This document shows, in pieces, positions 1-10,456 of a stretch of DNA of 46,343 nt. Below the pieces are notes generated by a model. That model was not told where the DNA came from. It saw nothing but the letters and a program-made list of their open reading frames with translations, and did no database searches. This DNA is from a virus: the UHGV virus genome UHGV-0181016, one strand, 5' to 3'. A program made the position numbers and the translations under genes. Position 1 is the first letter of the stretch; the number at the start of each line of letters is the position of its first letter.

Positions 1-160
1 CCCCGGTCGAGTAATCGACCCGCCCCTGATGATACCCTTCAAGTACAGCGTTTGTGAGATGCGTAAGACACAGGTCAATGTCTTCAGCGCTTACCATGCG
101 AGCTTCAAGCATGGAGCGTAAATACTCACATCTTTCCGTTATTACTTTTTCTACACTCAT
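1..160 (-). CDS. Partial hypothetical protein. The 5-prime end lies in the window (ATG 160..158) and the gene runs off the left edge.
   Basis: An open frame reads MSVEKVITERCEYLRSMLEARMVSAEDIDLCLTHLTNAVLEGYHQGRVDYSTG to the window edge with no stop. It is preceded by AAGGTGA. It lies divergent from the plus operon at 260 onward. Confidence 0.35.
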   Translation of the reverse strand, partial: MSVEKVITERCEYLRSMLEARMVSAEDIDLCLTHLTNAVLEGYHQGRVDYSTG

Positions 161-171
161 TTCCACATCAC

Positions 172-235
172 CTTTTCCGTTATGGTACAATCTACGTCAA
201 TAAGTATTGACTAAGTGATGTAGAAACGTCAAGAT
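172..235. promoter_or_regulatory. Divergent promoter region. TTGACGTAGATTG sits on the minus strand (195..200 is TTGACG) and TTGACT at 207..212 on the plus strand.
   Basis: The same TTGACGTAGATTG box occurs at the 3109 and 36209 promoters. The -10 elements here are weak. Confidence 0.3.
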
Positions 236-259
236 GTTTTTCGAGAAGGAGTAGTAAAT

Positions 260-484
260 ATGCCAAGACCACGACGCGAGCCGATGGACATTATCACCAG
301 CATTGTGGAAAAGCGTCAGCCGCTGACACTCCGTGATGTTCGCTACTTTGCCCGTTGCTATGTGGCACTGGCTGATATGCCGAAGGATGAGATGTATGAT
401 TTGATTCGGGCGAATTTTAATGTTGATGAATACAACCGCGTCACAATGCCGCGACGCGAGATGATTAAGTGGAGAGAGAAATGA
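260..484 (+). CDS. hypothetical basic protein, 74 aa
   Basis: ORF with RBS GAAGGAG upstream. It is the first gene of a tightly overlapping plus operon. The TGA stop overlaps the next ATG. Confidence 0.45.
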   Translation: MPRPRREPMDIITSIVEKRQPLTLRDVRYFARCYVALADMPKDEMYDLIRANFNVDEYNRVTMPRREMIKWREK

Positions 485-963
485 CATTGAGGTATAAGCT
501 GCTTATGGGTGGGGTTGATGATTTTGATGGCGCGCATCATGAGGATACTCATGCATTTGTTCACAACAAACACGGATGGGTAACATTTACCAATAATCCA
601 AAAACCATTAATAAAGACACGTTCACTCTGCTTGCCCACCGCGAGCCAATTACCGACGAGCAAGACCTCAACAATTGTATTGGCGCGCCGGAAGCTGACA
701 CAACAGAACAACTCATCACCGAACGCGGCAGTCGCTATGGCAAATTCAAGGATGGCGCTGAAATCATGCAGGGACTGAAAGATGTGATGCGCGAAGTGGA
801 TGGCTGGCACAACCTGACGCCAAGCCAACGCGAGGCGCTCGACATGATTCAGCACAAGATTGGGCGCATTCTGAATGGCGACCCGACATATGATGACAGC
901 TGGAAAGATATTGCTGGCTATGCGACGTTAATTGTTAATGAACTGAATGGGGAGATTAAATAA
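481..963 (+). CDS. hypothetical protein, 161 aa. The C-terminal half is weakly MazG-like and all-alpha.
   Basis: An ATGA overlap with the upstream gene and a TAATG overlap with the downstream gene point to translational coupling. I could not place it in a family with confidence. Confidence 0.45.
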   Translation: MTLRYKLLMGGVDDFDGAHHEDTHAFVHNKHGWVTFTNNPKTINKDTFTLLAHREPITDEQDLNNCIGAPEADTTEQLITERGSRYGKFKDGAEIMQGLKDVMREVDGWHNLTPSQREALDMIQHKIGRILNGDPTYDDSWKDIAGYATLIVNELNGEIK

Positions 964-1175
964 TGGCACCATCCAAACATGACGAGCCAGTTTATCTCCA
1001 TGTTGAGCAAGTTAATGGCAGAAGCATGATTGTCGATCAGGACGGACGCAGGGTTGCTGGCGTGGTTAACTTCAATCTCGAAGCATCTTTTGATGGAGTA
1101 TCTACAATCACCGCAACAATCGAATCGGCAACATATGGCGAAAACGGCAAAATTCACATCATCACAGGAGCATAA
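963..1175 (+). CDS. hypothetical protein, 70 aa
   Basis: ORF coupled to its neighbours by a TAATG overlap. Confidence 0.4.
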   Translation: MAPSKHDEPVYLHVEQVNGRSMIVDQDGRRVAGVVNFNLEASFDGVSTITATIESATYGENGKIHIITGA

Positions 1176-1176
1176 A

Positions 1177-1485
1177 ATGTCATTCTGCGACATCACAATC
1201 GCGCAACGAAACGCGAACTTCACCAACATTGCTGACACATCCGCACAACTGGTATCACTGAACAGTGACGGCAGCGCAGTGCTGAAAATCGGCACCGAAA
1301 CAGCGCAATTCATCGTGCAGAATCTGTCGCAGGCGAACGCAAAGCAGGTCCTGATTAGCACTGGTAGCGTGCTGTTTCTGGCTGGTAATTACAATGCACC
1401 TAATCTTGAGTGTTCACTGGTGCGCATCGTTGAAACTGCGGTCGAGGAATCTATTGATGAACCAACAACATTGCCAGCAGAGTGA
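1177..1485 (+). CDS. hypothetical protein, 103 aa
   Basis: ATG at 1177 is preceded by AGGAG 6 nt upstream. It is in frame with track ORF 1030..1485. Confidence 0.4.
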   Translation: MSFCDITIAQRNANFTNIADTSAQLVSLNSDGSAVLKIGTETAQFIVQNLSQANAKQVLISTGSVLFLAGNYNAPNLECSLVRIVETAVEESIDEPTTLPAE

Positions 1486-1612
1486 GCCACCAAAACCATC
1501 GGCATGGTGTGAGAAAATGGAGCGCAATGCGAAAGATGGTGATGAGGCGTATGCTTATTTTCAGCTGAAGCAGATGTGGAAGCAGCGAGAAAGTTCTGAG
1601 CAAGACAGTTAA
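1457..1612 (+). CDS. hypothetical protein, 51 aa, C/Q-rich
   Basis: ATG at 1457 has GAGGAA 7 nt upstream. This is the last gene before the bidirectional terminator. Confidence 0.3.
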   Translation: MNQQHCQQSEPPKPSAWCEKMERNAKDGDEAYAYFQLKQMWKQRESSEQDS

Positions 1613-1615
1613 ACA

Positions 1616-1640
1616 CAAGCCCCATCACGGGGCTTTTTTA
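1616..1640. terminator. bidirectional rho-independent terminator
   Basis: Hairpin AAGCCCC-atcac-GGGGCTT followed by TTTTTTA. It lies between the converging plus operon and the minus-strand spanin gene. Confidence 0.7.
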
Positions 1641-2119
1641 TTGCGCAACGAATTGTACTGCGCCTCACACGTTAATCCCGCCTCTCTTGCTCTGTCAGCG
1701 TAATCTGCCAGTTGTCGATTTCTTTCAACAGATTCTGAGAGCAGCTGGGCAAGCAAAACTCCGGTGTCTGCGGCTGGGTTGCCAATGGACTCAGCGGTGG
1801 AATATCCGACGAGCTGCTTGCGGATGTTTGCGATTTGTTGCTGCAACCTGCCAGACTTAGCAGCAGCATTGACAGCATCATTGCGCGCAGCGTCAATCCT
1901 TTGCTGTGCGTCAGCCTGAATCTTTTGCAGTTCTGCATTGCGTCGTTGCTCCTCTAGTTCGTCTACGTCTTTCTGTTCTGCGATAGCTTGAGCTTTGCCT
2001 TCTGCGTATCGCTGGTCGCCGTAGCTGATGATTTCGCTACGCGCCCACAGCGCGCCAGCAGCAACAATTATAATAATTGCCAGTGGTCGCCAGTATTTAG
2101 CGAGAATCGACATCATCAC
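1625..2119 (-). CDS. i-spanin (Rz-like inner-membrane spanin)
   Basis: N-terminal TM segment LAIIIIVAAGALWA is followed by a long coiled-coil rich in Q/A/R. It is the last gene of the lysis cassette. An o-spanin ORF is embedded in another frame. Confidence 0.7.
   Translation of the reverse strand: MMMSILAKYWRPLAIIIIVAAGALWARSEIISYGDQRYAEGKAQAIAEQKDVDELEEQRRNAELQKIQADAQQRIDAARNDAVNAAAKSGRLQQQIANIRKQLVGYSTAESIGNPAADTGVLLAQLLSESVERNRQLADYADRAREAGLTCEAQYNSLRNKKAP
1672..1881 (-). CDS. o-spanin (Rz1-like outer-membrane lipoprotein), fully embedded in the i-spanin gene in another frame
   Basis: Signal sequence MMLSMLLLSLAGC carries a lipobox LAGC. The mature part is short and Pro-rich. This is the classic embedded Rz/Rz1 architecture. 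Confidence 0.65.
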   Translation of the reverse strand: MMLSMLLLSLAGCSNKSQTSASSSSDIPPLSPLATQPQTPEFCLPSCSQNLLKEIDNWQITLTEQERRD

Positions 2120-2336
2120 GCAGCCTCCGGTTTTCCTTCCTCATGCTGTGCATTTTGCCGAGAATGCCAACCAGCATGATGGAGTAGCTCACACCTTTCA
2201 CCACGATTGGCGGTAGCGCCGATTTCAGGTCATCCGGCATCATTACCCACACATGCATCATTGCATCAGGCCATAGCTGCAACAGCGAGCAGAATGAAAT
2301 CCACGCGCCGAGCAGCCAGTTGCTTAGCTTTTTCAT
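2097..2336 (-). CDS. putative holin, 2 TM segments, 79 aa
   Basis: Two hydrophobic segments, LLGAWISFCSLLQLW and VSYSIMLVGILG, with a charged C-terminus. The ATGA overlaps the endolysin stop. It sits between the endolysin and the spanins. Confidence 0.5.
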   Translation of the reverse strand: MKKLSNWLLGAWISFCSLLQLWPDAMMHVWVMMPDDLKSALPPIVVKGVSYSIMLVGILGKMHSMRKENRRLRDDVDSR

Positions 2337-2797
2337 GCCACAACTCCGCCAGCATCCTTGTATACCTGAATCAGCTTATCCAGTTTCTGCTCATGCTGAC
2401 CATAGCCAGCGCCCGGCAACGAAGCCCAGCGTGAACGGCATTTATGAATGGCATCAGCAATGCGACCAGCTTCAATGTCGGCAGTAGCTTTGCATTCACG
2501 GATTAGCTGCATTGCAATAGCATCCTGCGATGCAGGAGAAAAGTCCGGTAAACGCAATTGCTTTTTGTACGCGTCATAAAACTTAGCCAGCACCTGATAG
2601 CGCCCGGCGGCAGTTGATTTGATGCCCAGCTTAGGTAGGCCAATCAGCTTGCGTGGGTGGTCGGAATAGTCAGTAAACACTGAGCCACCAACGATCACAT
2701 CATAACCATGATTATTGGTTTTCTGCCGCCCGTTATCCGTGCCCTCGCTGTACGCCAGCATATCCAGAAATGCCTTCATGTTTTTGCTAATAGCCAT
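2333..2797 (-). CDS. endolysin, lambda R-type lytic transglycosylase
   Basis: Collinear by eye with lambda R. Shared motifs are KAFLDMLAYSEGTDNGRQKT, HGYDVIVGG, FTDYSDHPRK, GRYQ and WASLPGAGYGQ. AAGAGG lies 9 nt upstream of the ATG at 2797. Confidence 0.85.
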   Translation of the reverse strand: MAISKNMKAFLDMLAYSEGTDNGRQKTNNHGYDVIVGGSVFTDYSDHPRKLIGLPKLGIKSTAAGRYQVLAKFYDAYKKQLRLPDFSPASQDAIAMQLIRECKATADIEAGRIADAIHKCRSRWASLPGAGYGQHEQKLDKLIQVYKDAGGVVA

Positions 2798-3065
2798 ACC
2801 AATAAACCTCTTTTTCAGCCTTGCGTTTTGCTTTGTCGCCAGTCTTCTCGCCCCACACGATGAAATGCGCAACAGCACATGAGAAGCAGCGAAGGTTGTG
2901 TTTCTTCAGGAGTGTTGATTTGCGGAAAGCGTCAATGCCAATGTCGGCGGCAAGACTTGTCAGCGCGTCGAACTGATTCTGCGTCGTCTCGGTGGTGATG
3001 TAAGGCGATATATCCACGGCATCAGTGACTCCAAACGTCTCCACGCCGCGTTGCGATATTTTCAT
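2787..3065 (-). pseudogene. remnant of a GH24 (P22 gp19 / T4 e-type) lysozyme lacking the catalytic N-lobe segment
   Basis: The 92-aa ORF keeps a P22-lysozyme-like start MKISQRG and the C-lobe motif QNQFDALTSLAADIGIDAFRKSTLLKKHNL. It lacks about 50 residues around the catalytic Glu/Asp region. It overlaps the R-type endolysin start by 11 nt. Confidence 0.45.
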
Positions 3066-3108
3066 TCTGCCTCCTGTTCAAATTATTATTAATTCTATCA
3101 CAATGGTG

Positions 3109-3137
3109 TTGACGTAGATTGATCGGTGGTGCATAGT
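3109..3137 (+). promoter_or_regulatory. sigma70-type promoter, TTGACG-N17-CATAGT, a member of the conserved phage promoter family
   Basis: TTGACGTAGATTG is followed by GGTGGTG in the spacer. An inverted ATCTACAT lies downstream. It sits in the non-coding gap between diverging operons. Confidence 0.5.
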
Positions 3138-3281
3138 ATCTACATCAAGCGATGAGTGAGGAATAAGAGATGGGAATGTACATAGAATTGGTTTTGAAGT
3201 GTCAAATCAAGGGCGTGCATTGGTTGGACTTGGTATGAAGAGGAATTGCAGCCTACATTAATTATTTTTTAAGGTTAAATC

Positions 3282-3425
3282 ATGGTAATGGTCAAATTCA
3301 AAGAAAACGGACGCTGCGGAGTGTTCAATCTTGAGCAAATCAAAATCCGTCCGTGCTGCAAGGTGGTTGCGCCATTTGGTCTGGTGCAGATGCGCGAAGT
3401 TGAGATTGTTGAATACATTAAGTGA
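3282..3425 (+). CDS. hypothetical protein, 47 aa
   Basis: AAGG lies 8 nt upstream of the ATG. This is the first ORF after the promoter. Confidence 0.3.
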   Translation: MVMVKFKENGRCGVFNLEQIKIRPCCKVVAPFGLVQMREVEIVEYIK

Positions 3426-3589
3426 GGTTGGTGATGACTCAGCGCGAAGTTTACAGACTATGCTCGCGGCACTCCAGCAACTACTGGAAATCTACGACGA
3501 CCACTCCGGAAAAGTCTGGACAACATCAAGCAAGCGTCGCGCTCTGGATAATGCGCGTGCGGCGGTTAATAAGGCATTGGGAGAATAAA

Positions 3590-4075
3590 ATGAAACAATG
3601 TGATCTTTTTCGTGTTCTTAGTTATAACCCTGAATCTGGTGAATTCACTTGGATTAAATCAAGAAGACATGGGTTTAGCGGTAGAAAAGCTGGGACGATA
3701 AATGGGAAAGGTTACATACAGATCTGTATTGATGGAAAGCTTTATCTTGCGCACAGGCTTGCTCTTCTATACGTGACAGGAGAGATGCCAAAGGAGGTTG
3801 ATCATATTAACAGGGTGAGAGATGACAATAGATTATGCAACTTAAGGCCATGCACTTCATCTGAAAATAAGCACAACAAGGATATCACATCCAGAAACAA
3901 AACAGGGATAAAGGGCGTCAGCTGGTATCCTGCCGGAAATTCATGGCGAGTAAGGATATGCGTAAATAAAACACAGATTCATCTGGGCTACTACGAAGAC
4001 ATTGAGCTGGCAGAGCTTGTGTCGCAAGAGGCGAGAATTAAATACGCAGGAGATTTTAATTATGAAGCTTATTGA
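3590..4075 (+). CDS. HNH homing endonuclease with a C-terminal AP2-like DNA-binding domain. An alternative in-frame start at 3434 is possible.
   Basis: Motifs are GYIQICIDGKLYLAHRLALLY, EVDHINRVRDDNRLCNLRPCTSSEN for the HNH fold and GIKGVSWYPAGNSWRVRI for AP2. GGGAGA lies 6 nt upstream of the ATG at 3590. An overlapping frame-1 ORF ends at 3588. Confidence 0.7.
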   Translation: MKQCDLFRVLSYNPESGEFTWIKSRRHGFSGRKAGTINGKGYIQICIDGKLYLAHRLALLYVTGEMPKEVDHINRVRDDNRLCNLRPCTSSENKHNKDITSRNKTGIKGVSWYPAGNSWRVRICVNKTQIHLGYYEDIELAELVSQEARIKYAGDFNYEAY

Positions 4076-4661
4076 TTTACTGGTTAAAGAATTGCCTAAG
4101 CGTGGTGGGTGGCCTGAGGGTGCTGAAATCGCCGTACAGGATGCCGACTCTCAAATTTGCTTTAGCTCTCACAGTGATGTTTACGCGAATAAAGGCAAAA
4201 CTGACTGGTATGGTGGTGATTGGTGTGATGGAGACTGGAGTAACCCATTCATTGACACTATTGCTGATGACAGGCATGAATGTGTCGTAACTCGCGACCA
4301 ATACGAATCCGCACTCGCTGCATCGCAAAAGCCAGCATGGGACGGAGAAGGTCTTCCGCCAGTTGGGTGTGAATGTGAGATATCATTTTCCGGCAAATCA
4401 CTAGGGCAGTGTGAAATCCTTTTTGTTGGTGATTCGCTTATTGTCTGGAAGCAAAAGTCATCACAACAAGAAGGTAGCGGCTACCACAGGCATATGAACA
4501 TTAGACCACTACACACAGAAGCAGAAAGGAAGCGAGATGCAGCAATAGAGGCAATGCAGAGAGAAGCTGACGATGGCAATAACTGGGTTTATAGCGAATA
4601 CGAAATCATTTACGACGCCATCGCAGAAGGAAAGATTCCCGGTGTGAAACTGGATGATTAA
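4062..4661 (+). CDS. hypothetical protein, 200 aa, Cys/Trp-rich
   Basis: ATG at 4062 overlaps the end of the HNH gene. The gene ends just before the terminator at 4738. Confidence 0.45.
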   Translation: MKLIDLLVKELPKRGGWPEGAEIAVQDADSQICFSSHSDVYANKGKTDWYGGDWCDGDWSNPFIDTIADDRHECVVTRDQYESALAASQKPAWDGEGLPPVGCECEISFSGKSLGQCEILFVGDSLIVWKQKSSQQEGSGYHRHMNIRPLHTEAERKRDAAIEAMQREADDGNNWVYSEYEIIYDAIAEGKIPGVKLDD

Positions 4662-4744
4662 AACAATATTCAGCGTCGTAGAGATATTGTGCTATGCGAT
4701 AATAATATTCGTTCTGTGCATGCTGATAAGGTAAAGCAAAGCCC

Positions 4745-7091
<2,347 letters not shown>

Positions 7092-7097
7092 TCACCA

Positions 7098-7127
7098 ATA
7101 AAAAATCCCATCACGTTGGATGGGATT
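7098..7127 (-). terminator. rho-independent terminator on the minus strand, just upstream of the portal start
   Basis: The minus strand reads AATCCCATCcaacgtGATGGGATT followed by TTTTTATT. Confidence 0.6.
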
Positions 7128-7138
7128 ATAGCATGGTA

Positions 7139-7345
7139 TCAATAGTCGAAAGCTCGCCTGTGCATTATGTCATCGCTATGATGGAATACAGCATTTTCCA
7201 TCCTATCCCCTAGCACCAACCCTCTGCATTTTGCGTAAATCTGATACTGCTTGTCATTGAATTCATGATGGTTGTCAAACCAGATGCTCTCAAATCTTTT
7301 TCTAAGTTCAACTGCCATTTCGTGAAGATGTTTGCTGTCCATCAT
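7139..7345 (-). CDS. hypothetical protein, 68 aa, last gene of the moron
   Basis: ORF coupled to the upstream HigA-like gene by an ATGA overlap. Confidence 0.4.
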   Translation of the reverse strand: MMDSKHLHEMAVELRKRFESIWFDNHHEFNDKQYQIYAKCRGLVLGDRMENAVFHHSDDIMHRRAFDY

Positions 7346-7656
7346 TCCACCTTGTAATCAAAATCAAATTTAATTGGCTTCAAAGATGACAGTAAGCGAC
7401 CATTATCTGCGGTAAGTCTATTTAGGCTGTAATTGTTTTGCATATTCAACCATGACTCTGGCGACCTTCCAACAACAACGGACAATCTTACAGCCATGTC
7501 GGCATTTAAATCAGCCTTCTTGTTGATGAGACTGCTAACTGTTGACTGCGAAACCCCAAGTGCATCGGCCATTTCCTTAACGCCAATTCCGAATGGCTTC
7601 ATGAATGCCTCCAGCAGAAACTCGCCCGGGTGCATTGGATTTTTTATGCTCATCAC
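7342..7656 (-). CDS. HigA-family HTH (XRE) antitoxin-like protein with no cognate toxin gene
   Basis: NPMHPGEFLLEAFMKPFGIGVKEMADALGVSQSTVSSLINKKADLNADMAVRLSVVVGRSPESWLNMQ matches the HigA/VapI signature PGE.L.E.F....S...LA..LGV....V..I..GK..I..A.RL....G.S...WL.LQ. Confidence 0.7.
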   Translation of the reverse strand: MMSIKNPMHPGEFLLEAFMKPFGIGVKEMADALGVSQSTVSSLINKKADLNADMAVRLSVVVGRSPESWLNMQNNYSLNRLTADNGRLLSSLKPIKFDFDYKVE

Positions 7657-7838
7657 TCAATCTCCTCACCATTAACAAACTTCCGAAAAATATCAATCAA
7701 CTCCATCGCCTGACGTTTGCTTATATTAATTTCATCAGCGTCAACCTGAATGAATTTAATATCATCATCATAGCCAGCCATCTTGTATGAGAAAACCTCA
7801 ATTTCTCCATTGCCATTTGATTTTTCAATAATCATCAC
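7653..7838 (-). CDS. hypothetical acidic protein, 61 aa
   Basis: ORF with an ATGA overlap to the HigA-like gene. It is not RelE/HigB-like, being acidic rather than basic. Confidence 0.4.
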   Translation of the reverse strand: MMIIEKSNGNGEIEVFSYKMAGYDDDIKFIQVDADEINISKRQAMELIDIFRKFVNGEEIE

Positions 7839-7839
7839 A

Positions 7840-8046
7840 TCACCCCCTCAAAAAATCATTCTTGCAGCAGATACCCTTGTACCCGCGCTTCTCTTGCAGG
7901 TTAACGAAAACATCATCCAGAACGCGCAGCAAGAAGTCCTCGTCAATATCATACCGACGACAAATAACCTCGTCAGGCACACCGGCCCGTGCCAGTGAAT
8001 AAACCTGCTCTTTTTCCTCCTGTGTGAATCCTGCATAGCTGCGCAT
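7840..8046 (-). CDS. hypothetical protein, 68 aa, possible HTH
   Basis: First ORF after the promoter at about 8100. The segment VPDEVICRRYDIDEDFLLRVL looks HTH-like. Confidence 0.4.
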   Translation of the reverse strand: MRSYAGFTQEEKEQVYSLARAGVPDEVICRRYDIDEDFLLRVLDDVFVNLQEKRGYKGICCKNDFLRG

Positions 8047-8074
8047 AGTTATATCTCCGATAAGCCTGATGTAG

Positions 8075-8105
8075 ATTATACTATGCGCTCGATGTAGATT
8101 GTCAA
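8075..8105 (-). promoter_or_regulatory. family promoter on the minus strand, TTGACA-N16/19-TAGTATAAT
   Basis: The minus strand reads cacacTTGACAatctacatcgagcgcaTAGTATAATctacatc. It lies between the terL stop and the moron genes. Confidence 0.5.
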
Positions 8106-8121
8106 GTGTGCTGATGCAGAT

Positions 8122-9429
8122 TTATCGCCTGCGCCGGATTAGCATTGCTGCCATTGGCCGCACAAGTGGGAACTTATTATAAATGTAATAATCAGCCGCA
8201 TCGTTCGGGTGGTCTTTGTCGTGAGTTTTGTCTGGCTCACCCTGCTTGTTGTAAATCTGCTGCTCTCTCGCCTCAGTGTAGACTGGGCACAACTTTGTGT
8301 TTACCTTGTATCTGCGCTCGCCTTCAGCGTTGCAGAACATTGCGTTAACGGAGTTGATACGGTCCCTGACTGGTGGGTTCTTGCTGTCAGCCATAATATG
8401 AAAGCCAGCGTCTCTCAACAAGGCTATATCAGATGTGCCAGCGTTCACGGTTTTTCTGCTGCCACCTGATGCATCGGGATAAACGTAAATTTCACACAGT
8501 TTCTCAAACTCACCACTCGATGTTTCCCTCCACAGGCGCTGTTTGATTAACCGAATCATTTCTGGCGTATCGTAAGCACCAAGTATCTCACCAACTGCGA
8601 TAGGGTCGCCATCCCTTTCAACATGAATAATCGCAGACATCTTGCCAACGTTGAAGTCCATACCGACGTGTGCTGGCTCCCCTGCCTTGTACTCCTCGTC
8701 ACTGTGATTAAGATTCCTGTCGAATTGAGGATAAACAGTGCCAGACGTAAGGTTTACAAACTCACCCTGCAGATAGGCTTCAATGAGTTGCGGGGGATAG
8801 CTATCACGCAGTGACTGAACGTAATCATCAGGCAGGAAGGGGTTACTCATCGTGCTTGCCTGAACCATTTCATACCCATCCTTTTTGTTCTTCACCCATC
8901 TGTCATAAACAAACCGGAACCCCTCTGGGGTTGAGAATACACCAACGGTATTCATCGGCTTACCTGATGTGTCAGTATATGTTCTCGGTCGCTGACGGTT
9001 ACGGGCAATTATTTTTATCCATGCCTCAGATGCGTGCTCTTGCTTAAGGGTGTCAATTTCGTCAATCTTTGCACGGAACGACTCGTAGCCAACTATTCGC
9101 GCCGGATTATCAAGAGTCCTGAGAACGAAATCACCCATCTGCCCCGATGAGGTGTAGATTATGTTCTCTGCCTTGTTGTATTTATATCTGACACCCCAGT
9201 CGATTAACTTCTCCTCCATGCGGGGTGCGAGAATGAGACGCACCAGGTCATAGGTCGGCTGATACATGGCTATGAGTGAGTCAGAACCACCTTCGAGACT
9301 ATCAAGCAATGCAGAGTTACACATAGTCTCTGACTTCCCAGTACCAAAGCCAGCGATAAAAGCAGGGAATTTACAATTGAGGTTCATGAACCTTGCCTGA
9401 GGCTCGGTTAGTGTCATCTTAATTTCCAT
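8122..9429 (-). CDS. terL: terminase large subunit
   Basis: Walker A GFGTGKS sits in the N-terminal ATPase domain and there is a C-terminal RNaseH-like nuclease region. The size is 435 aa and it lies next to terS. Confidence 0.85.
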   Translation of the reverse strand: MEIKMTLTEPQARFMNLNCKFPAFIAGFGTGKSETMCNSALLDSLEGGSDSLIAMYQPTYDLVRLILAPRMEEKLIDWGVRYKYNKAENIIYTSSGQMGDFVLRTLDNPARIVGYESFRAKIDEIDTLKQEHASEAWIKIIARNRQRPRTYTDTSGKPMNTVGVFSTPEGFRFVYDRWVKNKKDGYEMVQASTMSNPFLPDDYVQSLRDSYPPQLIEAYLQGEFVNLTSGTVYPQFDRNLNHSDEEYKAGEPAHVGMDFNVGKMSAIIHVERDGDPIAVGEILGAYDTPEMIRLIKQRLWRETSSGEFEKLCEIYVYPDASGGSRKTVNAGTSDIALLRDAGFHIMADSKNPPVRDRINSVNAMFCNAEGERRYKVNTKLCPVYTEAREQQIYNKQGEPDKTHDKDHPNDAADYYIYNKFPLVRPMAAMLIRRRR

Positions 9430-9931
9430 GATTGCTAAACTCCATGAACATCTTATCAGCCGCTAACTTATACGCCTCATGTGCAAGTTCCGGCGTATCA
9501 AAAAAACCAAGGTGAATCTTCCTGCCGTTAAATTTTATGTAAGCCTCGTACTTCCCTGTAGCCTTGAAAAGGCTCACCCCCTTAAATCCGGAAGTATTAT
9601 GTGATGGTCTATTCATATTCCATTTATTGTTAGATGACGTTGCCAATCTTAGGTTTGATATGTCGTTATTTGATGGGTTTGTATCTATATGATCGACCTC
9701 CATACCTTCCGGGATTGGTCCGTTAAACATCTCCCATATAATGCGGTGCGCAAGTAGCAGCTTCCCGTAAACGCGCACATACCTGTAACCGTTCCTTCCT
9801 ATGTTGCCAGCCTCCTTACCAGCATATTTATTTTTGTGTACTGAGTATCCTCTTTTGGTTTTGAATGATTCCTTATTGCGTAAAACCCAATACAGCTTAC
9901 CATTGGCGTAACGAAAATAATCTTCATGCAT
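9419..9931 (-). CDS. HNH-AP2 homing endonuclease inserted between terS and terL
   Basis: Motifs are GYRYVRVYGKLLLAHRIIWEM, EVDHIDTNPSNNDISNLRLATSSNN and GFKGVSLFKATGKYEAYIKFNGRKIHLG. It is a paralogue of the 3590 HNH. Confidence 0.8.
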   Translation of the reverse strand: MHEDYFRYANGKLYWVLRNKESFKTKRGYSVHKNKYAGKEAGNIGRNGYRYVRVYGKLLLAHRIIWEMFNGPIPEGMEVDHIDTNPSNNDISNLRLATSSNNKWNMNRPSHNTSGFKGVSLFKATGKYEAYIKFNGRKIHLGFFDTPELAHEAYKLAADKMFMEFSNHGN

Positions 9932-9954
9932 ATGAACCTCCGCGATTTACTCAA

Positions 9955-9966
9955 TCATATCACAAA
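9955..9966 (-). promoter_or_regulatory. extended -10-like element reading CCTTTGTGATATGAT on the minus strand, upstream of the HNH
   Basis: TGnTATgAT lies about 23 nt upstream of the ATG. Nearly the same box precedes terS. Confidence 0.35.
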
Positions 9967-9976
9967 GGTTCGTGTT

Positions 9977-10432
9977 TTACTTACTCTTATCTGCACTAAT
10001 CACCTCTATCTGCACCTTATGGATTGCACCATCACCATCTGCGCCTTCCGATTCAGGCTTATCTCTCCATAGTTTAGGCTGCCTGTTTTTTAACCAGAAA
10101 ATCATTGATGTGGGGTCTGGAGGGTATCTTTTTATTGTTGGCGTAATTACTATTTCACCATTAACCGCCTTAATGTCGTCTTCTGGATGCTCATAACCAG
10201 TGGCCCTACTGAACAGAGCTTGAGCAACTCGCGCATCTGCAATTTCCTTTCCTCGCCTTAAGGACTCAAGAAACGACGGGTGTTTGTGCTTCCATGCATT
10301 TATTGTTTGCTCGCTAACATCAAAGAAGGTAGCAAGCTGCTTATCAGTAGCGCCAAGCAGGCAATAGTTGTACGCCTGCTCGTCGTACTCAGATTTGTAT
10401 TCTGTCGGTCGCCCGATTGGTTTATCTGACAT
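9977..10432 (-). CDS. terS: terminase small subunit
   Basis: 151 aa with an HTH-like N-terminus containing LGATDKQLATFFDVSEQTINAWK. It sits immediately upstream of HNH and terL. The RBS is AGAGGTG. Confidence 0.65.
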   Translation of the reverse strand: MSDKPIGRPTEYKSEYDEQAYNYCLLGATDKQLATFFDVSEQTINAWKHKHPSFLESLRRGKEIADARVAQALFSRATGYEHPEDDIKAVNGEIVITPTIKRYPPDPTSMIFWLKNRQPKLWRDKPESEGADGDGAIHKVQIEVISADKSK

Positions 10433-10456
10433 AATTCACCTCTTGATATTTATGTT

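Noticed and set aside
3434-3589. N-terminal 52-aa extension of the first HNH endonuclease, with a GAGG RBS at 3434
   Set aside because: Typical HNH-AP2 proteins start at the MKQCDLFRVLSY-type sequence. A strong GGGAGA RBS precedes the ATG at 3590 and a separate frame ends at 3588. The extension is possible but not preferred.
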